Assembly: GCA_012295275.1 (NCBI GenBank)
Contig: CM022672.1
Coordinates: forward strand, 1,426,001-1,490,000
DNA: 64,000 nt
DNA from: Chrysomallon squamiferum
Lineage: Eukaryota; Animalia; Mollusca
Direction of reading: 5' to 3'
Both the position numbers and the translations under genes were made by a program. Under the pieces are notes generated by a model. The model did not search any database. It had not been told where the DNA came from and saw only the letters and a list, made by a program, of their open reading frames with translations. Below, piece by piece: positions 56,201-64,000 of this stretch (position 1 is the stretch's first letter; the number at the start of each line of letters is the position of its first letter).

Positions 56201-57924
56201 TTAATGCAAGAATAGATCAGGATATTCTGCGCTCTCTATGAGTTGCAATACATAATGTACTTTCAGTGCAGCTATAAATGACATTTCGATTACAATTTTG
56301 CATAAAATATATTTTAATGCTGTACAGCATGAAATACAAAATGTAATAATAATAAATCAATGTTTTAACGATGTTAGTAAACTTAGCATGTTCGTATACC
56401 TTTCCAAATATGAAACTTTTCAAGTACTGAAAAATTTATCTAATCATTGATATTTTCTTGGACAGTTGGCAGGAGAAAAATTAATAAATAAATAAATAAA
56501 TAAATAAATAATAAAAAGTTGGTTGAGTAACTTTAAAAAATGTTAGGAAAAATTAAGAGGTACAGAAAAAGGAAATATAATTTTATTTTCTGACTTTGTA
56601 AACAATCAATGATAATCATTAACCCAGATTTACAGGCCACATATTATCATGCCATGTTAAAGGCTATTTTATAAGGGTTTTTCCACCAACAGAAGTTTCA
56701 ATAATCTGCACCTATATGAAAAATGTGATTTCCCAGATAAACCATGTCAAATCTGTTTTGGTAATAGACTGTTGAACAGTAAAGATACATGTTTTCTGGT
56801 ACACATACATTATTCTTTGTTATATTTTTTTCATTATACATTTCTTCATTTTTTTTTTTTTTCACCAAGATAAAAATCAGATTTTCTTTCAGTTTCAGAG
56901 CAGTACCTAATAATATATACATATATTAACATGTTTCTGATTTTGATCTTGAAACCCGCATGTATGTATATGTATATGAACTATAACTTTTCCTGAAATG
57001 TCACAAACACTGACTAATAATAAAGGTGTAACATTTGAGTTCAGTCCTTTCTCTAAAAGGTCAATATTTCAAAGAACATCAATGACATTGACCTTATATG
57101 ATAAGACCACAATGTTACATTGTGAAAAAAAAAGAGAAAAATTAAGAAGTACAGAAAGACAAACTTTAAGGGGTTATTTCTTGTTATAATTGCAATCCAG
57201 TAAAACAGTGCCGATGTATGAATGAAAATTTGAGAAACCACACAGTTCTTTACATTCACCAGAGCTCCTGTCATACGTAATTATTTTTATAATCACTGTT
57301 TTAAACGAAATAAATATATGCCATCAACCAACTAACTGATGGATATATAACACACATTTATTAAAGGTCATACATGTTATTTGTACTAACTCCTAATGAA
57401 AAAGGAAATAATAATAATTTTTTTTTACATTTTATAATCAGAAAAGAAAATGCACACGACACGAACATTGAAATGTAACAAAAGCCCCAGTGTTGTTTGT
57501 GTAATTAATCCATTAACTTCAGAAAACACTTTTGAAACAATTTACCTAGTGAAGTAAAGTGTATATATGTATATATATATATATACGTATCACAGGTCTC
57601 ATTGTATAATTACAAGTCCACAGATTTCACATTAAAGTTTGACACACATCCTGTACTAAAGGCATCATAACAAATATGGCAATACTTCATTATACAGCCA
57701 AAATCTTCTGAATATGCCAATTAAAATTCTCTATCACGTCTTTTTTAAAGTGCAAAATAGCAAGCAAGGTTGCTTATTTAAAGCAATAAATAACCATATT
57801 TAATCAGACACCTCCAGTGTGTGAAAAAAAAAAAAAAAAAAAAAAAAGAAAAATTCCGAAAAAATAAAAGAGAAATCACATTATATTTTTTTTCAAGCAC
57901 TGCCCATACAGCAAAAGGCCAGTG

Positions 57925-60900
57925 TTAATGAGGTGGTGGTTCTGTATCCGATGTTCGGGGTGGAGGCATGTGCTTGAGCAGATTCCGTTTGGCTGCTGCT
58001 GGGTTCATCCTCGGATCTCTATCACGGTCACGAGTGTGACCCGAAGCATTTCTTGATGGAATCTGCAACACGCTGCTGGCTGCAGCAGTCGTATTATTAG
58101 AAGAAACAGGAATACTGCTCACAGGTACTGCGTTAAACACAGGCCTCGTGTTGGAAGCCTGCTGCACAGACACATTCTGCTTGGATACCTGATTTCCTGC
58201 AGACACCTGGAGAGGCCGTGGGCTTGAAGCAGGAGACACGCTAGATCGGTCAGCAGGTTTTGGTACTGCTGGAGATGGTGGCATAACTGGTTTGCTTGGT
58301 GTATTCTCCAGTGGCTTTTTATCAACACTAGGTTTAGAGTCTCCCATTTCTCTGTCGGTACTCGGTGACTTCAAAGCCTCCAGAAGAGAAGTGGGGTCCT
58401 CTGTGTCACCCTGGAGCTTGATTTGATCAGTAAGAGAGGACAGCAATAATTCCTGTACGAAAACACTTCTTTCTTTTGGTTCAACATCTACAGATTGCTG
58501 TTCTGATTCTGAGGCTTCTTCACTGCACCTATAGAAATAAATGAAAGAATAAAATAAAAAAAAAAAAAATAATAATAATAATAATAATACTCTACAACTA
58601 AAAGTCGGTACACATAAGAATTAATTTCAGATTTAATAATGATAAAACACTATATTTTGATTTCTTTTATTTATATGGGTGTCTTGAGATATATATAAAA
58701 ATCAAACTTACTTGACTAACAAAAACATGGAGTTGCCAGTTCCTTTACTGCCAGATGGATCTACATTAGCATTCTGATTGCTTGAAGTAATGGCAGTTTT
58801 TGCTGAATCTGCTTGTCGACGAGGAAGTCTTTCTAGTTGCTGTCTGTAAAAACAAAATATACATTAAATAGATAATTATAGAGAATCAACCATGCAGTCT
58901 GAAATTGACATTAAAATTACTGTTTCCAATACAAAACGTACATGACGTATTCTCAAAAGGTAAGTTTCTGGTTTTCAGAATGTGCCATGTAATTGATCTC
59001 AAAATAAAGATATTTGTGATAAAAAAAAAAAAAATTATATTTAAATAAAATCATCCTTCAAATCTTCACAAACACTTTTAAAGTACAGCCTGAAAATGTG
59101 ACTCTCTTCTCCAAGAAAAATAATCAAAACAAAAACAAAATAGGATTAATTCTAACGGTTAATATTTATTTAACTTGTTTAATATATCACAGAAATATTC
59201 ATTTGAAAAAAAAGTTGTGGATTTGTTGAGGTCATCATGTTGCATTGTTAATGTATGCTGGTGTCAGAAAAAAAGAAACCTTTTGGTTTTATTACCAGAA
59301 ATAAGCTATTTACAATACTTTATCACATGAACAAAATAGTTTTGACGAGAAAGGTTTCACAACATTCATTATGTTCAGTTGGTCTGAATGTAACCTGATT
59401 AATAAGTAAAGGACTAGCTGTTTAAAAAAATAAAAATAAAAAAATAAATAAATAATAAATAAAGCCAATACACATTACTGACAACAACGGAAGAAAATTA
59501 AAAATTAAAAGTAGTGAAACCAAGAAACAAAAACAATATGATGAAAATATGATTTAAAAAATTGTAGCTGGCACGCTAACTATTTCAAATGTTCAAGGAA
59601 TTAACACAATAAATTTAAACAAAAACTAAGGTCATTCATTTTACCCACTAATATATGCACATGAACTATCTTTATGTCTTCAGCTTCAACATGTTAGATT
59701 TTACTATCAGCTTCATGTTTTGATTGACTGATCAACTGATTTAACAAATATAAAATGTTAGGTACCTTTTCTTGTTTCTTTTTTTTTATATATTAATGTA
59801 TTTCAGCCATTTATTACATATTTATTACATAATTATACACAAAGAATTTACAAATATATAAAAGTTTTTTTGTTCTAATTATTTAGACCAATATATTTTT
59901 TTTTATCTATTTAATCTTGTTTAACGTTGTTTTACAGCTATTTTATTTAGGCTAGTTTTGTCATTTTAGACAATTACACTATCTATCAGCTTAACAAGCA
60001 GACTAGATACAACTGAAAATATGAGTGATATGATCATACATTGACCTTGTAGACTGCAGCTGCATCTCAAGCTGCTGTAACTGTGATGACACACTCTGTG
60101 CAGCAGCTGCTCGGCTTCTCACACTTGACAACTGACTCAGAAGTTCTACAAAACACAACAAATGCAGAATTCAGTCACAGTATCACAACTTAAAAAATCA
60201 AATAAAAATTATGTTACTTGAAGCTATTTACAAAGCTGAAAAAAAAATAAAAGGAGACAAGTATTCTTCTAAGCTGAAAAATAATAAAACAGAAAAAATA
60301 ATTTGTCTATTTAAAGTTATTTTCATGAAAATAAGTTAGATTATTATTTTCTACATAGATTATGTTTAGAAAACTAAGAAACATTTTAAAATAATATTTC
60401 TTGACAAACATAAAACTATTTGGTAAATGTATAATGAAATATATTATTTAACTCTTACATAAGAGAGACAAAAAAATAAAAGCTAAACTGATGTTTTTTC
60501 AATTTTCACCAAATGGTTTACAAGAGTTAAATCTAAGTACATTATAAAATAGTTTTAACAATTAATCCTAAAAATTTGATTTTACAATTACATATAATAA
60601 TTTAAAAAAAAAAAACCAAAACAGTACCAATAATAAAAAAAAATTAAATAAATAAATACATATTTGTTATAATGGCAATGCAAGATGAAATTTTCAAGGA
60701 AGATTTGTTTTAGGTTTGGAGATGGCAGGATGAGAAGAGGACTGTCAGATATCACCATGCTGTTTTCCCTCCCTTAATTTGTAACATCTCCTCTGCTCAG
60801 CTAGTAGCAACATTTTTAACCTGTGCATAATTTGTTGTATTCCACAGCACTTCTTAATGCACTGGTCCGTATCATAGCAGCAGGTTTCACAGAAAACTGA

Positions 60901-63048
60901 TTAACTTCACAATTTGGTATATCCCAATGTATATAGAATATACAAGAAAGAATACTCCTTGATAAAATCTGATTTTGTTAGAAATAAATTAACAGACTTT
61001 TATTTTATCAGTGACCACATTGTAACTGGTAGAAAAACTAGGACACCACTATAGATCAGGACCATATTACTCTGCTAATTATATTAAATAAATTACTGTT
61101 AGAATTTAGCTTGAAATACACAATCATCTGGCCAGGCAAGTAGAGTTAATATTTTCAGATCTGACAGAAAAAGCACAAGTCTGAGTCTCCTGAATTTTGC
61201 AGAAACCAAACACAAGTATTCTATAGAAATAATAAAATTTTGACTGACAACAGGATTTAGAGGAAGACCTACAGTTTTCATTTCATCTACCGCTCAGTGT
61301 CAGTCATTCTAATCTAAAATTTGAAGAGAATGGTTACCTGCAATAGGATCCATGGTTTCCCTGCCACTTGGTGACAGGCCAGCCAGTGTTGTTCCTGTAG
61401 ATGCAAAATGCATGTTTGCTCGCCTTGTTCGTGATCCACTGACACCACGCCCTGAATGAGGTATACGACGAACATGTCTCATCCCTGACGGTTCTTCGTG
61501 AAAGAGTTAAGGTAGCATACTTATTATACAAGTATTGAAATATCAATAAAAATGGTTTTAAGAAAGAATTATTCTTCTTTTTTTTCTTTATTTAAAATCA
61601 ATATAAAAGGTTGCTGTAAAATTGGCATTTTATAAAAAAAAATATATATATATATTATTTGCCATCAAAATCAGGAGATATTCTATTTGGTTTTTTATTT
61701 CCTATTATTACATTTTTGTTTAAAACAGTACATTTGTTTTGGTAATAAATTTCCTAAACATAACAAAAAGTAGAAATGCATTCTAGAGTTGAAAAAGGAT
61801 ATGAAATCTCTAGGAGTACGGTGTTCTAGTGTCAGATGAGATGCAAAGTCATCAGTAACAAGGTTTGGGTCCCCTCCAGGCAGAGATGCACACACTGGAC
61901 ATACCTGAAGAAAGAAAACTACTGTCAATTTCATTATGATTTTGTGATTTTCAAAATTATTTTCAGCTTATTTTCTTAGTCTGTGTCAACAGAAAATTAT
62001 TTACTGCATTTTCTTTATTTTATACTTTGGAGTGATGTTTAAAAATAAAACATAAAAACAAAGATGTAAAAAAGCAGTATGAAATTATGCCATAATTATA
62101 AATTTACAAGAAACATAATATATATCTGTACAGATGAAAGATTTCCTGGCAGCTTTGCAGTGCTGATATTTGACAGTATCAAAAGTAGTCTATCAATATT
62201 CAAAGTTTTATTTTATAAAACTCACCACTTCTACTGAAGTTTCTGCATGCTCTGCAGTCACATGATCGTGTAAAGTAGTTTCTGTGAATCCCATCTTACT
62301 ACAAAATGGACAGGTGAAAGACTGGGTTTGTTCGGCAGTCAAAGCTTCTCCCCCATAATAAATATCTAAAAACACAACAAAGTGGAGAAATTTAACACAT
62401 TAATTAAAGATGCACATACCTTAATCATTGCTGTTATTCAATACTACAAAGAATATTATGCTATCAAAGCAGAAAATTAATACATTTTTGTTTTTAATAG
62501 ACAATTTAACATTTATTTTTCAAATGGAAGTTTGAAAGATACAAATTTATGCATCAAATGCTTTTATTATCAGTAATTCGAGTACTGAATTCCTAGTGAA
62601 TATTCATCTTTAAAAGAAAAAAATATAGTGACAAAATATATACTTATTTATACAATTTCAATCACAGAAAAAACAAAACAAGAAAAATAGAATGTGATAC
62701 CAACAATAATAATACTTTAAATGAAATGAATCAATTTGCAAATTAAAAAAAATCACTGGTAAACTCCCATTTTTGGTGGCAAAATACAACCAACCCCTTT
62801 AAGCCTAATAAATACATTCTAATACAACCAAAACTAAAAGGAAATACACAAAGATGAAAGAAATGAAATCTCAAACTTACCAAAATCTGTTCTTGTCAAA
62901 ATACATTGTACAGGATGATCAGGTGTATGTCGGGTAGTTGTGGCTCCAGCTTCATAACATGTCGAACACAGGTCATAATCATAGCAGATAAGACATTTAT
63001 ATCTACGTCCACGAAAATTTCCCTTTAAGCAAGAATCACAACTAACAC
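57925..63048 (-). CDS. KCMF1: E3 ubiquitin ligase KCMF1 (5'-partial; first coding exon not found in the window)
   Basis: Exons 63048-62881 (ZZ finger [28 protein letters not shown]), 62365-62226 (FTCPFC), 61904-61803 ([13 protein letters not shown]), 61497-61338, 60145-60046, 58843-58712, 58528-57925 ([10 protein letters not shown]). Confidence 0.95.
61498..61802 (-). other. U12-type AT-AC intron in KCMF1
   Basis: 5' site ATATCCTTT, branch point TACCTTAAC (61514-61506), 3' end tttcAC; joins RDF|[11 protein letters not shown] in frame. Confidence 0.93.
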
Positions 63049-64000
63049 CTGCAAATTAGAATAAATGAATTATGCATTTAATGATGAAAGTTCAGATTTT
63101 ATAATTTTGTAATATATTTTAAACTCAGCAATGTCAGATTCACAAATATAAATATATATATATAAAGCATGCAACAGAAGATTCAAAGCACAATAAAAAC
63201 ATTCAAAATAACTATGTGAAACTTGTAAGCCATAAATGATCCAACAACATTTTGTTCACATTTGCTTGGTTTTAAATGCAAAATATGATCAAAAATTACT
63301 TATAAAAATTGAAAGAGCAGCTCATCAATAGACTACAATAAATCTCTTTATTATTACCTTGACAGTTATAAAAGTTTTAAGTATATATATATTTTCCTTT
63401 TCTATCTTACTGAAAAATGTACTACTTTTTTAACAAACTTTTCTCTGTGATTACTTCATACAATGCCATTGTCAAAGTTACTGGTTTTTTTTTTTTTAAA
63501 TGTAACAGCTAATTATGTCCTTATTTTTAATTTAAAAAGATTACAATACACAAACAGTTACTAGTAAAGAGTAATTCTGTTATCTCTGTATAATCCCACA
63601 ATAACAATATCTATCGTCCTCCATTTAACAACTATTAGAAATAATGTAATATAATAAGCCTATTCATCACATTAAAAAAATACCTTTCATAAGACTCATA
63701 TCCTGTAACATTTTGCAATATAAACAAGACTTTATATTCTGAAGTAATAAATTATTGTCTAGAACAAATAGAAATTATCTGAATACACTTATTATACATT
63801 AAATGTTATTTTAAAGAGTGCCAATTCTGAAACAGAAAATGTACATACAGCAAACAAAATGAAACATTAGTTTGGGTGTTACCAAATAATCACATTATTT
63901 CAATCATTATTAAACCATTATCATACTATTTCTTTTCTCAAAATGAACATCCATTTGTATGTGCAGGTAGTACTGATCCAGATAATACAATATGCATTGC

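Overview
AT-rich, microsatellite-dense, intron-containing animal genomic DNA, most likely molluscan (inferred from a receptor juxtamembrane motif). The left half is repeat-rich. It holds a 726-bp TA-flanked pogo/Tigger-like MITE in two inverted copies, one carrying a nested 2.4-kb Buster/SPIN-type hAT transposon, plus mariner and MULE relics. It also holds a 10-exon minus-strand receptor gene (signal peptide-CTLD-PAN-CTLD-PAN-Ser/Thr stalk-TM) whose third exon has two in-frame stops. The right half is a compact housekeeping cluster: PCED1-like (+, with a 60-bp coding minisatellite), BORCS7 (-), UVSSA (+, one GC-AG intron), PRADC1 (+) and partial KCMF1 (-, with a U12 AT-AC intron). Gene names come from recalled homology and exons were assembled by eye. 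I found no clearly novel multi-gene system. The best leads are the lectin/PAN receptor and the inverted MITE pair that brackets most of it.
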